Under the pieces are notes generated by a model. It was not told the DNA's origin. It was given only the letters and a program-made list of their open reading frames with translations, and made no database searches. Positions 42,210 through 52,452 of a stretch of 64,000 nucleotides of DNA are shown one piece after another. The translations under genes were made by a program, and so were the position numbers. Within the stretch, counting starts at the first letter, position 1, and each line of letters begins with the position of its first letter. This DNA comes from an uncultured Collinsella sp. GTDB taxonomy: Bacteria > Actinomycetota > Coriobacteriia > Coriobacteriales > Coriobacteriaceae. The stretch is from NCBI GenBank assembly GCA_900757185.1, contig CAAEMX010000060.1:72610-136609 (forward strand), read 5' to 3'.

Positions 42210-42283
42210 TGGGATGTCGTCTAATGGCAGGACAGCGGATTCTGGTTCCGTCAATGGGGGTTCGACTCCCTCCATCCCAGCCA
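42210..42283 (+). tRNA. tRNA-Gln (anticodon CTG)
   Basis: Cloverleaf: acceptor TGGGATG/CATCCCA, anticodon loop TTCTGGT, T-loop GGGGGTTCGACTCCCTC, discriminator G plus CCA. Confidence 0.85.
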
Positions 42284-42300
42284 TTGCATTTGCTACATAT

Positions 42301-42377
42301 GGCCCGTTCGTCTAGCGGTTTAGGACGCCGCCCTCTCAAGGCGGAGATCACCAGTTCGAATCTGGTACGGGCTACCA
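42301..42377 (+). tRNA. tRNA-Glu (anticodon CTC)
   Basis: Acceptor GGCCCGT/ACGGGCT and a D-arm TCGTCTAGCGGTTTAGGAC typical of tRNA-Glu. The anticodon loop is CTCTCAA, the T-arm ACCAGTTCGAATCTGGT, and the 3' end is ACCA. Confidence 0.85.
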
Positions 42378-42474
42378 AAATTGAACGCCCGGGCCTCGTT
42401 AGAGACCCGGGTTTTGTGTATTGACCGATATTTAAGGCGCGCGTTGAGTCTGCCGCCCGGACCGAGGAGTTGTC

Positions 42475-43392
42475 ATGGACCTGCCTATCAGCTTGGAAGA
42501 CATCACGTATGCCGAGAACTATCTGGCGCAGGGCGACCTGGCTACGGCGACGCCGCTGCTTGAGCGTCTGGTGGAGCTCGCCGAGGAGTATATCGACGCT
42601 GAGTGCAAGACGGAGGAGAAGCGCCAGTACTTTAGCTTCGACAGCAAGTTTGAGCGCCTGGCCTATCGCCGTGTGGAGAAGGATCCGCGCGAGCTGGTGC
42701 AGGTCGAGGTTCCCTTTGACCGCCTGTACTCCGACATGGCGTTTGCCTACATTCGCCAGCAGGATTATGTGAGTGCTCGGAATGCCCTGATGCAGGCCGT
42801 GCGTTGGGATCCCATGAACTGCAACTATCGCTTGGACTTGGCCGAGCTGTTCCGCGCGCTCGAGGACAAGCAGGAGTGGGCATCGCTCTCGTTCTCGGTG
42901 CTGGAGCGCGCGAGCGACGGTAAGTGCGCCGCACGCGCCTACACCAACTTGGGTCAGTACTTCTTGGAGCCCGAGACCGAGAACATTTCGGCTGCCGTGG
43001 GCTGCGCGCGTCTGGCGCTGCGCCTGGCACCCAATGATGCGCATACGACGCGCCTGCTCAACAAGATCCATACCACCTATCCGGATGCTGCGGACGAGAG
43101 TGACGACCATGTGATGGGTGAGCTCGCCCTGCAGGGCGTGCCGACCTCGCCTTCGGCCGAGATCGCCATCTGCCTGATCATGTGCGCGACCGATGCTGCA
43201 AGCGACGGCGACAAGCAGGAGGCTACGCGTCTGACGGTCCGTGCCCGCGACCTGGTGGGCGAGGAGGCATGCGCGGCGATTATCAAGCTGGTGCGCGAGA
43301 GCGATGCCGAGCTTAATGCCGAGCGCAGGGCAAAGCGCGAGGCTGCGGGCTCAAACGCCAATGGCGCCAAGGAGGCCGGCGATGCCCAGTAA
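42475..43392 (+). CDS. TPR-like repeat hypothetical protein with acidic C-terminus
   Basis: Helical repeats (AYIRQQDYVSARNALMQAVRWDP...). A GAGGAG RBS precedes the start. Confidence 0.5.
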   Translation: MDLPISLEDITYAENYLAQGDLATATPLLERLVELAEEYIDAECKTEEKRQYFSFDSKFERLAYRRVEKDPRELVQVEVPFDRLYSDMAFAYIRQQDYVSARNALMQAVRWDPMNCNYRLDLAELFRALEDKQEWASLSFSVLERASDGKCAARAYTNLGQYFLEPETENISAAVGCARLALRLAPNDAHTTRLLNKIHTTYPDAADESDDHVMGELALQGVPTSPSAEIAICLIMCATDAASDGDKQEATRLTVRARDLVGEEACAAIIKLVRESDAELNAERRAKREAAGSNANGAKEAGDAQ

Positions 43393-43852
43393 GCGCGAGC
43401 GCAAGCTCATTTCCAAGAATCGCTCGGCACATCACGAGTACTTTATCGATGAGACGTTTGAGTGCGGTATTGAGCTGAGCGGTACCGAGGTCAAGTCGAT
43501 TCGCGAGCGCGCGTGCCAGATTACCGATACCTTTGCACTGATTCGTGGCGGGGAGTGCTGGCTCGTCGGCCTGCATATCCACCCTTATAGCCATGGTGGC
43601 GTGTGGAATCGCGATCCCGACCGTCGGCGCCGTCTGCTGCTGCACCGCAAGGAGATCGACTTTCTTGACGGCAAACTTCGCAACCGTGGTTATGCGCTGG
43701 TTCCGTTGGAGCTCTACTTTAATACCGACGGTCGCGTAAAACTGCTGCTGGGCCTGGGTCGCGGCAAGAAGCTCTACGACAAGCGCGAGGACATGGCCAA
43801 GCGTGATGTCCAACGCGAGATCGACCGCGCCCTCAAGGAACGCAACCGCTGA
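43389..43852 (+). CDS. smpB: SsrA-binding protein SmpB
   Basis: NRSAHHEYFIDETFECGIELSGTEVKSIR...LHRKEI matches the SmpB fold. Confidence 0.9.
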
Positions 43853-44060
43853 CCGTCCTTCATAAGTTGCGGTGGAATACGGACTGTTTTGCCTGTTTGA
43901 GGGGCTATTCAGTCCTTATTTCACCGCAACTGCGGGCGTCTCATCTTGCTTATACTGTTTTGACACATATGTCTCAAAGGTGGTGTCCGTTGTGGGCGCC
44001 GCCTTTTTTGTGGGTACATACATCCATGAGGTTCCAACCCGGGTTAGGGGAGTGATTGTT

Positions 44061-44564
44061 ATGGACAAAACTGCGTTCTTTACCATGCCGAGCGGTCTGT
44101 ACGTGGTGAGCGCCGCGGCAGACGGGCTGCGCGCCGGCTGCGTCATCAACACTGCGGTGCAGGTGACGTCCATGCCGCCGCGCATTTCGGTTGCCGTGAA
44201 CAAGGACAACGTCACCTCGGGCGTCATCGCTTCGGCCAAAGCGTTCGCGCTGACCGTGATCGATCAGACCGCCGATATGCTCTACATCGGTAACTTTGGG
44301 TTCCGCACCAGCAGCGATTATGACAAGTTTGCCAAATACGAGACCCGCGAGACGGCTCTGGGCATGCCCTATGTGCCCGAGCACGCGGCGGCCCTGTTTA
44401 GCTGCCATTTGATCGACACTGTGGATGTTGGCACGCATCTACTGTTTATCGGCGAGGTCGAGGATGCCGAGCGCTTGAGTGACGAGACGCCGCTCACCTA
44501 CGATTACTACCATAAGGTCCTGAAGGGCAAGACGCCTCCGAAGGCGTCCTCGTATCAAGGCTAG
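44061..44564 (+). CDS. Flavin reductase-like FMN-binding domain protein
   Basis: Flavin_Reduct fold (GLYVVSAAADGLRAGCVINTAVQVTSMPPRISVAVNK). The start at 44061 has a GGGGAG RBS. Confidence 0.75.
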   Translation: MDKTAFFTMPSGLYVVSAAADGLRAGCVINTAVQVTSMPPRISVAVNKDNVTSGVIASAKAFALTVIDQTADMLYIGNFGFRTSSDYDKFAKYETRETALGMPYVPEHAAALFSCHLIDTVDVGTHLLFIGEVEDAERLSDETPLTYDYYHKVLKGKTPPKASSYQG

Positions 44565-44653
44565 AAATGTTTTAAAAGTACTTGCATTATATTATTGAGA
44601 ATCTATACTGATAAATGAAGTACATCACCAGTCGCGTTTGAGAGGAGAACATC

Positions 44654-44797
44654 ATGGCTGAGGAGAAGAAGACGTATAAGTTCGTGTGCGTCGTTTGCGG
44701 TTACGAGGTTGAGGTCGATACGCCCGAGCTGCCCGAGGATTATGTGTGCCCGGTGTGCGGCGTCGGTCCCGATCAGTTTGAGCTCGTCGAGGAGTAG
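44654..44797 (+). CDS. Rubredoxin (47 aa; absent from the ORF track because it is shorter than 60 aa)
   Basis: [21 protein letters not shown]...[18 protein letters not shown] has two CxxCG knuckles. An AGAGGAGAA RBS precedes the start. Confidence 0.85.
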   Translation: MAEEKKTYKFVCVVCGYEVEVDTPELPEDYVCPVCGVGPDQFELVEE

Positions 44798-44940
44798 CTC
44801 GCAGACACACGGCGAAAGCCGAACATAGCTCTGTCCAAGGGCCTCGGTCGAATTCTCGGCCGGGGCCCTTTTCCTCCGCCCCCAAGGGATCACGGTTGCT
44901 GTTGGCCGATCCTGTCTGTTGTGAGTCCGGCCGACCTTTT

Positions 44941-45080
44941 GTCTTAACCTGCCACATCTAACGGTGGAAATTGGGCCCACTTGTTACATATCGAGACAAA
45001 CCAAAACCGTCCGGCAGAAGATCTCAATCTGTAACATCTAGACATCGAAAGCGGGTCTAGATGTTACAGATCGAGACGTT
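44941..45080. repeat. REPIN/MITE-like palindromic repeat array 1 (2 units; first unit degenerate)
   Basis: The arm GTCTCGATCTGTAACA faces TGTTACAGATCGAGAC around the core ggaaattgggcc. Confidence 0.85.
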
Positions 45081-45104
45081 TGCCTGAGTAGGTGCCCCGC
45101 CCCA

Positions 45105-46361
45105 TTACATCCCTGTCAACAACACGACATCGAGAATCGTCACGATGGCACCGATCCCTACGAGCAGCGCGTTGAGTGGACGCGAATTGGCGTATTTGCC
45201 CATGACGCGGGGTGAACTGGTGAGCCGTATGAGCACAAAGACCGTAATCGGTAGCTGAAGCGACAGCAGTGCCTGACTCCAGATGAGACCTTCAAAAGGA
45301 TTTGGGACGACCAGGCACGCCGTCACTGCGCCGACGAAACAGGCCGCCACCCCGATCGAGGAATGTCGGTCGTGGATATCGTATTCCTCGTCGAACATGC
45401 CCGCAGTGATGGTCCCCGCCGCCATGCCCGCTGTCACGCTGCTCGATAGTCCCGCGAACAGCAGCGCTACCGCAAAGATGGTCGAGCTCGCCGGGCCCAG
45501 AATGGGGGAGAGCGTGGCCGCTGCGACGGCGAGGTCGTCTACGACCATGCCGTGCGCAAAGAAGGTCGTTGCGGCCAGGATGACCATGGCCGAGTTGATT
45601 GCCCAGCCCACGCCCATCGAAAAGAGCGTGTCGAAGAGCTCGTAGCGCAGACGCTCTTCGATAACCTGCTCGCCTTGGCCTTCGAAGTGCATGGATTGGA
45701 TGACCTCGGAGTGCAGAAAAAGGTTGTGTGGCATAACGACCGCACCCAGGACACTCACGATAATCGCGGCAGAGCCAGTGGGCATACTGGGCGTGATCCA
45801 GCTTGCGGCGGCTTGCGGCCAGTCGACCTTGACTAGTGCAAGCTCGGCCAAAAACGAGAGTCCTACCACGCCTACGAAGGCGATGATCCAGCGTTCGGCT
45901 CGCTTGTAGGAGTTCGTCATGAGCATCGCCATCGATACTGCCGCCACGATGACGCAGCCCGCACGCACGGGCAGCCCAAAGAGCATTTGAAGGGCAATCG
46001 CGCCGCCCAGGACTTCGGCCATGGCGGTGGCGATGGTCGCGAGATAGGCGCTGCCGAGCACCGCGCGTCCCACGATGCGGGGGAGAAAGCGGGTCGTGGC
46101 CTCGGCAAGGCAGGCGCCCGTGGCGATGCCCAAGTGCGCCGCGTTGTGCTGCAGCACGATGAGCATAATCGTGGACAGCGTGACGATCCACAGCAGCGCG
46201 TAGCCAAACTGCGAGCCCGCGGCCATATTGGAGGCCCAGTTGCCCGGGTCGATAAAGCCGACGGTCACGAGCAGCCCGGGGCCGATATGCCGCGCAATGT
46301 CTAGGCCTCCGTGACCGCCGGTGCGCCGGGAACCAAAGTGTTGTTTGAGATGGTTGAGCAT
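45105..46361 (-). CDS. mntH: NRAMP-family divalent metal cation (Mn2+/Fe2+) transporter
   Basis: The NRAMP motifs GPGLLVTVGFIDPGNWA and 11 TM segments. Confidence 0.85.
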   Translation of the reverse strand: MLNHLKQHFGSRRTGGHGGLDIARHIGPGLLVTVGFIDPGNWASNMAAGSQFGYALLWIVTLSTIMLIVLQHNAAHLGIATGACLAEATTRFLPRIVGRAVLGSAYLATIATAMAEVLGGAIALQMLFGLPVRAGCVIVAAVSMAMLMTNSYKRAERWIIAFVGVVGLSFLAELALVKVDWPQAAASWITPSMPTGSAAIIVSVLGAVVMPHNLFLHSEVIQSMHFEGQGEQVIEERLRYELFDTLFSMGVGWAINSAMVILAATTFFAHGMVVDDLAVAAATLSPILGPASSTIFAVALLFAGLSSSVTAGMAAGTITAGMFDEEYDIHDRHSSIGVAACFVGAVTACLVVPNPFEGLIWSQALLSLQLPITVFVLIRLTSSPRVMGKYANSRPLNALLVGIGAIVTILDVVLLTGM

Positions 46362-46436
46362 GGTGCGCTCCTGTGTATGGGCGGCGTGACGTCACATCTG
46401 GGCCGTGCGGCGCCACGCGTCGGTTTTGGGTTGGGG

Positions 46437-47210
46437 CTACTTGTGTGCTTTGCCCTGATTGGCCACGGCGTCGATCTTGGCGGCGATGGTCGCCGGGTCG
46501 CCGATGTAGCGCTTGTCGAGGACATTGAAATCGGTATCGAAGGTGTAGACGAGCGGCACGCCGGTGGGGATGTTGACCTTGAGGATCTCCTCGGGCGTGA
46601 GGTGTTCGAGCTTCATGACGAGTGAGCGCAGGGAGTTGCCGTGTGCGGCGATGAGTACGCGCTTGCCGGCGAGCATCTGGGGGCGAATCTCGTCTTCGAA
46701 ATAGGGCCAGGCGCGGGCGATCGTGTCCTTGAGGCATTCGGTATAGGGCAGCTGATCAGGCGCGACATCACGGTATTGCTCCTGGGTGTGGGGATCGCGC
46801 GCGTCGTTCGGCTCGAGTGCCGGCGGGCAGATATCGAAGGAGCGGCGCCAGATGAGCACCTGCTCGTCGCCGTGCTCCGCCGCGGCATCGGCCTTGTTGA
46901 GACCCTGCAACGCTCCGTAGTGGCGCTCGTTGAGCTTCCAGGATTTGATGACGGGCAGCCACTCGCGATCCATTTGGCCGAGCACGATGTTGAGGGTGTG
47001 GATTGCGCGCTTGAGGCGCGAAGTGTAGCAGACGTCAAAGTCGAAACCGGCTTCTTTGAGGGCTCGACCGCCTGCTGCGGCTTCTTCGCGGCCCGTGTCG
47101 GTGAGCTCAACATCGGTCCAGCCGGTGAACAGGTTGAGCTTGTTCCACTCGGACTCTCCGTGACGGATAAGGACGAGTTGCATCGTCTGCTGGTCTGCTT
47201 GGTGCGCCAT
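46437..47210 (-). CDS. gpmA: 2,3-bisphosphoglycerate-dependent phosphoglycerate mutase
   Basis: LVLIRHGESEWN is the phosphohistidine signature, and the dPGM fold is conserved throughout. Confidence 0.9.
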   Translation of the reverse strand: MAHQADQQTMQLVLIRHGESEWNKLNLFTGWTDVELTDTGREEAAAGGRALKEAGFDFDVCYTSRLKRAIHTLNIVLGQMDREWLPVIKSWKLNERHYGALQGLNKADAAAEHGDEQVLIWRRSFDICPPALEPNDARDPHTQEQYRDVAPDQLPYTECLKDTIARAWPYFEDEIRPQMLAGKRVLIAAHGNSLRSLVMKLEHLTPEEILKVNIPTGVPLVYTFDTDFNVLDKRYIGDPATIAAKIDAVANQGKAHK

Positions 47211-47348
47211 AGGGGCCTCCTTGATCTGGCACGGTGTGCGTGCCGTTTGCTTGACGCCGCAAAGGATACCCGTTTTAACCTTAAAAGTTAACCAAGACTA
47301 ACAAAATTGTTGTATTTGAATGGGATGGTGAAAGGGGGCTGCCGAAAT

Positions 47349-47570
47349 GTCTCGATCTGTAACAACTAGGGATGGAAATTGGGCCTAGGTGTTACAGATC
47401 GAGACAGGAAGAAATGGTCCTATGGAAAATCTCGATCTGTAACAGTTAGCTGCAAAAACCGGCCCTTCATGTTACAGATTGAGACATTTGGAACCGTCTC
47501 TCGAAAACATCTCAATCTGTAACAGTTAGTCGTCGAAATTGGGTCTTACTGTTACAGATTGAGATGTTTG
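47349..47570. repeat. REPIN/MITE-like palindromic repeat array 2 (3 units)
   Basis: Same arms as array 1, with cores ggaaattgggcc / aaaaccggccc / cgaaattgggtc. Confidence 0.85.
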
Positions 47571-47648
47571 AAGAGGTGAGTTTGCAGGCCGAACTTGGGG
47601 CCTATGTTGTCGCCCTTGAGGTCGGCGGTGTCCACTCGTAAGGTGTGC

Positions 47649-47680
47649 GTTACGCGATTGTTTCGAAACGGGCGGGAAAC
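47649..47680 (+). promoter_or_regulatory. Candidate GlnR-box-like tandem half-sites upstream of gltB
   Basis: GTTAC-n6-GTTTC immediately followed by GAAAC-n6-GAAAC. This resembles the actinobacterial gTnAc-n6-GaAAc box. Confidence 0.25.
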
Positions 47681-47749
47681 ACAGCGGGCCGGCGATGCTC
47701 CTAGTATGCCTAGTCAACTGACTGTCTAAATATCTAGGGGAGGATCGCG

Positions 47750-50700
47750 ATGCAGGCAGATTCCGCTCAGCAGCAGGGCCTTTATCGCCCCGAATTCGAC
47801 CACGATGCATGCGGCATCGGCGCGCTTGCCGATATCAACGGCGAGCGCCATCACCAGATTCTGGATGACGCGCTGTCCATTTTGGTTAACTTGGAGCACC
47901 GCGGTGGCACGGGCCTCGAGAAGAACACCGGCGACGGCGCTGGCATCCTGTTCCAGGTCCCGCATCACTTTTTTCGTAAAGAGGCTCAAAAGTGCGGCCA
48001 GATTCTGCCGGCAGAGGGCGACTATGGCGTGGCCATGCTGTTCTTTCCGCAGGACGATAAGGGCGTAGAGGATGCCCGTCGCGTGTTTGAGGAAGGCTGC
48101 GCCGAGGCCGGCGTGCCGCTGCTCTTTTGGCGCGAGGTGCCGGTCGATCCGCACAATCTGGGCGAGACGGCCCGCGCCTGTATGCCTACTATCCTGCAGG
48201 CATTCCTGGGCCGTCCGGACGACACGCCCGCCGGCGATGCCTTTGAGCGTCGCCTGTACGTGTGCCGCCGCACCATCGAGAAGAAGGCCGACGCTGAGTT
48301 CGCTCTGCGCGACAAGATCTTCTACGTGTGCTCCATGAGCTCGCGCACTATCGTGTACAAGGGCATGCTCGTCGCCACACAGATGCGCCGCTTCTTCATC
48401 GACCTCAACGACGCCGCCGTCAAAACGGCCGTGGCGCTCGTCCACTCGCGCTACTCCACCAACACCACGCCCAGCTGGGAGCGTGCGCACCCCAACCGCT
48501 TTATCATCCATAACGGCGAGATCAACACCCTCAAGGGCAACGTCAACTGGATTCGCGCCCGCGAACCCAACCTGTACAGCCCCGTGCTGCAGCACGATCT
48601 TGAGCGCGTGATGCCCATCATCAACCGCGAGGGTTCCGACTCCGCGATTCTGGACAACGTGCTCGAATTCTTGGTCATGAACGGTCGCCCGCTCACGCGT
48701 GCCGCGTCCATGCTGCTGCCCGAGCCGTGGGACCACAACGACAGCCTGAGTGAGGAGCGCCGCGCCTACGACGCTTACCAGTCCATGCTCATGGAGCCGT
48801 GGGATGGCCCGGCCGCCATCGCCTTTACCGACGGCCGTACCTTGGGTGCCGCCCTCGACCGTAACGGCCTGCGTCCCGCCCGCTACTATGTGACGCGCGA
48901 CGGTCGTTTTATGCTGGCAAGCGAGGTAGGCACCATCGAGGTGAGCCCCGAGAACATCCTGACGAGCGGCTGCCTGGGACCAGGCCAGATGCTCGAGGTC
49001 GACTTTGCCCGCGGTCGCGTCATCTACAACGATGAGCTGCGCGCCCGTTACGCTAAGGAAAAGCCCTACCGTGATTGGATTGCCGAGGAGACGCTGACCG
49101 TCGACGCGCTCGATAGGCCTGCCGCGGCAACGCCCGCCGAGGACGCCGAGGTGCCCGCCGCCGTGCGTATGGCCAAGCTCGGCTACCACTGGGATGACGT
49201 CGACGAGGTCGTGCGTCCCATGGCCCAGCAGGGCAAGGCACCGCTCGCCTCGATGGGCATCGATGCGCCGCTGGCCTGCCTGTCCAAGAAGACGCGCTCG
49301 TTCTTTGACTACTTCTATCAGCTGTTCGCCCAGGTCACGAACCCGCCGATCGACGCCCTGCGCGAGCATATGGTCACCTCGACCACGCTCTACCTGGGCA
49401 ATCACGGTAACCTGCTCGAGGACTCCCGTACGGCCTGCCAGCTGGTTCGCTTGGAGCGACCGCTGCTGAGCAAGGAGGAGTTTGACCGCATTTGCGCCAT
49501 CGACCGCGTGGGCTTTAAGACCCGCCGTTTCCGTGCCGTGTACCGCCGCAATGCCGGCGAGGGCGCGCTGCAGGCTGCGCTCAAGCAGCTTGCAGAGGAC
49601 GTTGAGGCTGCGGTGCGCGATGGCGTGAACATCGTGGTGCTGAGCGATCGCGCCGCTGCGGGCGAGGTCCCCGTGCCGTCGCTGCTCGCCGTGGGTTGCG
49701 TGCACAACCATCTGATCCGTGCCGGCGTGCGCACCTTTGCCGATATCGTGGTGGAGTGCGGCGACGCCGTGTCCCCGCACGACTTTGCGGCGCTGGTGGG
49801 CTACTCCGCGAGCGGCATCTATCCGTATAACGCGCATGCGTGCATCCGCGATCTGGCGGCACACGGCGACCTGGACGTGACGGCCGAGCAGGGCATCGCC
49901 AACTACAATAAGGCTGCGACCGCCGGCATTGTCTCCATCATGTCCAAGATGGGCATCTCCACGGTGCAGAGCTACCATTCGGCGCAGATCTTCGAGGCCG
50001 TGGGCTTTACGCCGGAGTTCGTCAACGCGTACTTCGCCGGCACGGTGAGCCGTGTGGGCGGTATGGGTGTCGAGGACGTTGAGCGCGAGCAAAACGAGCG
50101 CTACGACGCCGCACTCGCCATCCTTAAGAGCCCGGCTCCCGATCAGCTGCCCACACTGGGCCTGACAAAGTGGCGCCCGCTCGGCGGCGAGGATCACCTC
50201 ATCGATCCGCAGACTGTCTACTTGCTGCAGACCGCCTGCCGTGAGGACAGCTACGACACCTTTAAGGAGTACAGCGCCCGCCTGCACCGCACCGGCCGTG
50301 CCGTGCGCCTGCGCGACCTGCTGGACTTTGATGCCAGCGGCCGCACTCCGGTGGCACTCGACGAGGTGGAGCCTGCACTCAACATCGTCCGCCGCTTTAA
50401 CACCGGTGCCATGTCGTACGGCTCCATCAGCAAAGAGGCACACGAGTGCATGGCCATCGCCATGAACCGCCTACACGGCCGTTCCAACTCGGGCGAGGGC
50501 GGCGAGGACCCGCGTCGCGAGACCCCGCTGGCCAACGGCGACTCCAAGAACTCCGCGATCAAGCAGGTGGCAAGCGCGCGCTTTGGCGTGACGAGCCGCT
50601 ACCTTTGCAGCGCCTTCGAGATTCAGATTAAGATGGCCCAGGGCGCCAAGCCCGGCGAGGGTGGCCACCTGCCCGGCAAGAAGGTCTACCCCTGGATCGC

Positions 50701-52447
50701 CGAGGTCCGTCAGTCCACGCCCGGCATCGGCCTGATCTCGCCTCCGCCGCACCATGACATCTACTCCATCGAGGACCTGGCAGAGCTGATCTTTGACCTT
50801 AAGAACGCCAACCCCGGTGCGCGCGTGTCGGTCAAGCTGGTCAGCGAGGCCGGCGTCGGTACCATCGCCACCGGTGTTGCCAAGGGTGCCGCCGACAAGA
50901 TCTTGATCAGCGGCCACAATGGCGGCTCGGGTGCCGCGGCGCGCGATTCGATCTGGCACGCGGGTCTGCCGCTGGAGCTCGGTCTTGCCGAGGCCCAGCA
51001 GACGCTGCTGCAAAACGGCCTGCGCTCGCGCGTGGTGCTCGAGGCCGACGGCAAGCTCATGGACGGTACCGATGTCGCCGTCGCCTGCCTGCTGGGCGCC
51101 GAGGAGTTTGGCTTTGCGACCATGCCGCTCATCTCGATGGGCTGCCTCATGCAGCGCGACTGCCAGCAGGATACCTGCCCCGCCGGCATCGCCACGCAAA
51201 ACTGCCGCCTGCGTCGCGGCTTCCGCGGCAAGCCCGAGCACGTCGAGCGCTTTATGCTCTTTGTTGCCGAGCAACTGCGCGAGGTCATGGCGAGCCTGGG
51301 CTTCCGCACCGTCGACGAGATGGTCGGCCATCCCGAGTGCTTGCGCCAGATCGAGGTCCCGGGCAATCGCAAAGCTAACCTGCTGAATCTGTCGCCCGTA
51401 CTGGCAAGCGCGACCTGTGAGTTTGGTGCCCATATCCCGGGTGCCGACGGTCGTCACTTCCTGCCGCAGATGGCCGCGGACAGCGAGCTCAACAAGACGC
51501 TCGACTCCACGCTGTTCGTGCCCTATACGGCCGATGCCCGTGCCCACTTGCGTCCGATTCGCTTCCGCGCTGATATCGCCAACGTCAACCGTTGCGTGGG
51601 CACCATCCTGGGTAACGCGGTGACCAAGGCACATCCCGAGGGCCTGCCCGCCGGCTCCATCACCATCGATTGCGATGGATCGGCCGGTCAGAGCTTTGGC
51701 GCCTTCCTGCCGCGCGGCATTACGCTCAACGTGTGCGGCGACGCCAACGACTACTTTGGCAAGGGCCTTTCGGGCGGCGAGGTGTCGGTGCGCCCCAACC
51801 CGCATGCGACCTATAAGTTCGACGAAAACATCATCGTGGGCAACGTTGCGTTCTTTGGCGCCACGAGCGGCCGTGGCTTCATCAACGGCCTGGCCGGCCA
51901 GCGCTTTGGCGTACGCAACTCCGGTGCCACCGTGGTGGTCGAGGGTTGCGGCAACCACGGTTGCGAGTACATGACGGGTGGCCTGGCGCTCATCCTGGGC
52001 GAGGTCGGGCAGAACTTCGCTGCCGGCATGACGGGTGGCGTGGCTTATGTCTTTGACCAGTACGGCACGCTCGATGCCCGCGTGAACCACGAGAGCGTTG
52101 AGCTCAAGGCCCCGACTGCCGGCGAGCTGGCGCAGATTCGCGAGCTCATCCAGGAGCACGTGGACGCGACGCAGAGCCCGCGCGGCATCAAGCTGCTCTA
52201 CAGCTTTGAGACGATGAGCAAGCACTTTGTGAAGGTCATTCCGACCGAGTACGAGCGTGTGCTGGCGATTGTCGCTGCGAGCGAGGCTGCCGGCAAGACA
52301 CATGCGCAGGCAGAGGAACTGGCGTTTGACATTGTGACCGGTCGCGCGAGTGCCGCGGATGTCGCTCGCTTCGATGTCGCGGGCGGTGCTGCGGGCACTG
52401 CGTCCGTGGCCGCCAGCTCTGTTGCTTCGACCAAGAAGGAGGCGTAA
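47750..52447 (+). CDS. gltB: Glutamate synthase large subunit
   Basis: The N-terminal amidotransferase Cys (FDHDACGIGAL), the FMN/4Fe-4S central domain and the C-terminal GXGXG domain. The protein is 1565 aa. Confidence 0.93.
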   Translation: MQADSAQQQGLYRPEFDHDACGIGALADINGERHHQILDDALSILVNLEHRGGTGLEKNTGDGAGILFQVPHHFFRKEAQKCGQILPAEGDYGVAMLFFPQDDKGVEDARRVFEEGCAEAGVPLLFWREVPVDPHNLGETARACMPTILQAFLGRPDDTPAGDAFERRLYVCRRTIEKKADAEFALRDKIFYVCSMSSRTIVYKGMLVATQMRRFFIDLNDAAVKTAVALVHSRYSTNTTPSWERAHPNRFIIHNGEINTLKGNVNWIRAREPNLYSPVLQHDLERVMPIINREGSDSAILDNVLEFLVMNGRPLTRAASMLLPEPWDHNDSLSEERRAYDAYQSMLMEPWDGPAAIAFTDGRTLGAALDRNGLRPARYYVTRDGRFMLASEVGTIEVSPENILTSGCLGPGQMLEVDFARGRVIYNDELRARYAKEKPYRDWIAEETLTVDALDRPAAATPAEDAEVPAAVRMAKLGYHWDDVDEVVRPMAQQGKAPLASMGIDAPLACLSKKTRSFFDYFYQLFAQVTNPPIDALREHMVTSTTLYLGNHGNLLEDSRTACQLVRLERPLLSKEEFDRICAIDRVGFKTRRFRAVYRRNAGEGALQAALKQLAEDVEAAVRDGVNIVVLSDRAAAGEVPVPSLLAVGCVHNHLIRAGVRTFADIVVECGDAVSPHDFAALVGYSASGIYPYNAHACIRDLAAHGDLDVTAEQGIANYNKAATAGIVSIMSKMGISTVQSYHSAQIFEAVGFTPEFVNAYFAGTVSRVGGMGVEDVEREQNERYDAALAILKSPAPDQLPTLGLTKWRPLGGEDHLIDPQTVYLLQTACREDSYDTFKEYSARLHRTGRAVRLRDLLDFDASGRTPVALDEVEPALNIVRRFNTGAMSYGSISKEAHECMAIAMNRLHGRSNSGEGGEDPRRETPLANGDSKNSAIKQVASARFGVTSRYLCSAFEIQIKMAQGAKPGEGGHLPGKKVYPWIAEVRQSTPGIGLISPPPHHDIYSIEDLAELIFDLKNANPGARVSVKLVSEAGVGTIATGVAKGAADKILISGHNGGSGAAARDSIWHAGLPLELGLAEAQQTLLQNGLRSRVVLEADGKLMDGTDVAVACLLGAEEFGFATMPLISMGCLMQRDCQQDTCPAGIATQNCRLRRGFRGKPEHVERFMLFVAEQLREVMASLGFRTVDEMVGHPECLRQIEVPGNRKANLLNLSPVLASATCEFGAHIPGADGRHFLPQMAADSELNKTLDSTLFVPYTADARAHLRPIRFRADIANVNRCVGTILGNAVTKAHPEGLPAGSITIDCDGSAGQSFGAFLPRGITLNVCGDANDYFGKGLSGGEVSVRPNPHATYKFDENIIVGNVAFFGATSGRGFINGLAGQRFGVRNSGATVVVEGCGNHGCEYMTGGLALILGEVGQNFAAGMTGGVAYVFDQYGTLDARVNHESVELKAPTAGELAQIRELIQEHVDATQSPRGIKLLYSFETMSKHFVKVIPTEYERVLAIVAASEAAGKTHAQAEELAFDIVTGRASAADVARFDVAGGAAGTASVAASSVASTKKEA

Positions 52448-52452
52448 GTGCC

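Noticed and set aside
43853-44060. tmRNA (ssrA) expected downstream of smpB
   Set aside because: Only 207 bp separate smpB from the next gene. There is no GGGG...tRNA-like 3' end (GGTTCGA...CCA) and no tag-peptide reading frame.
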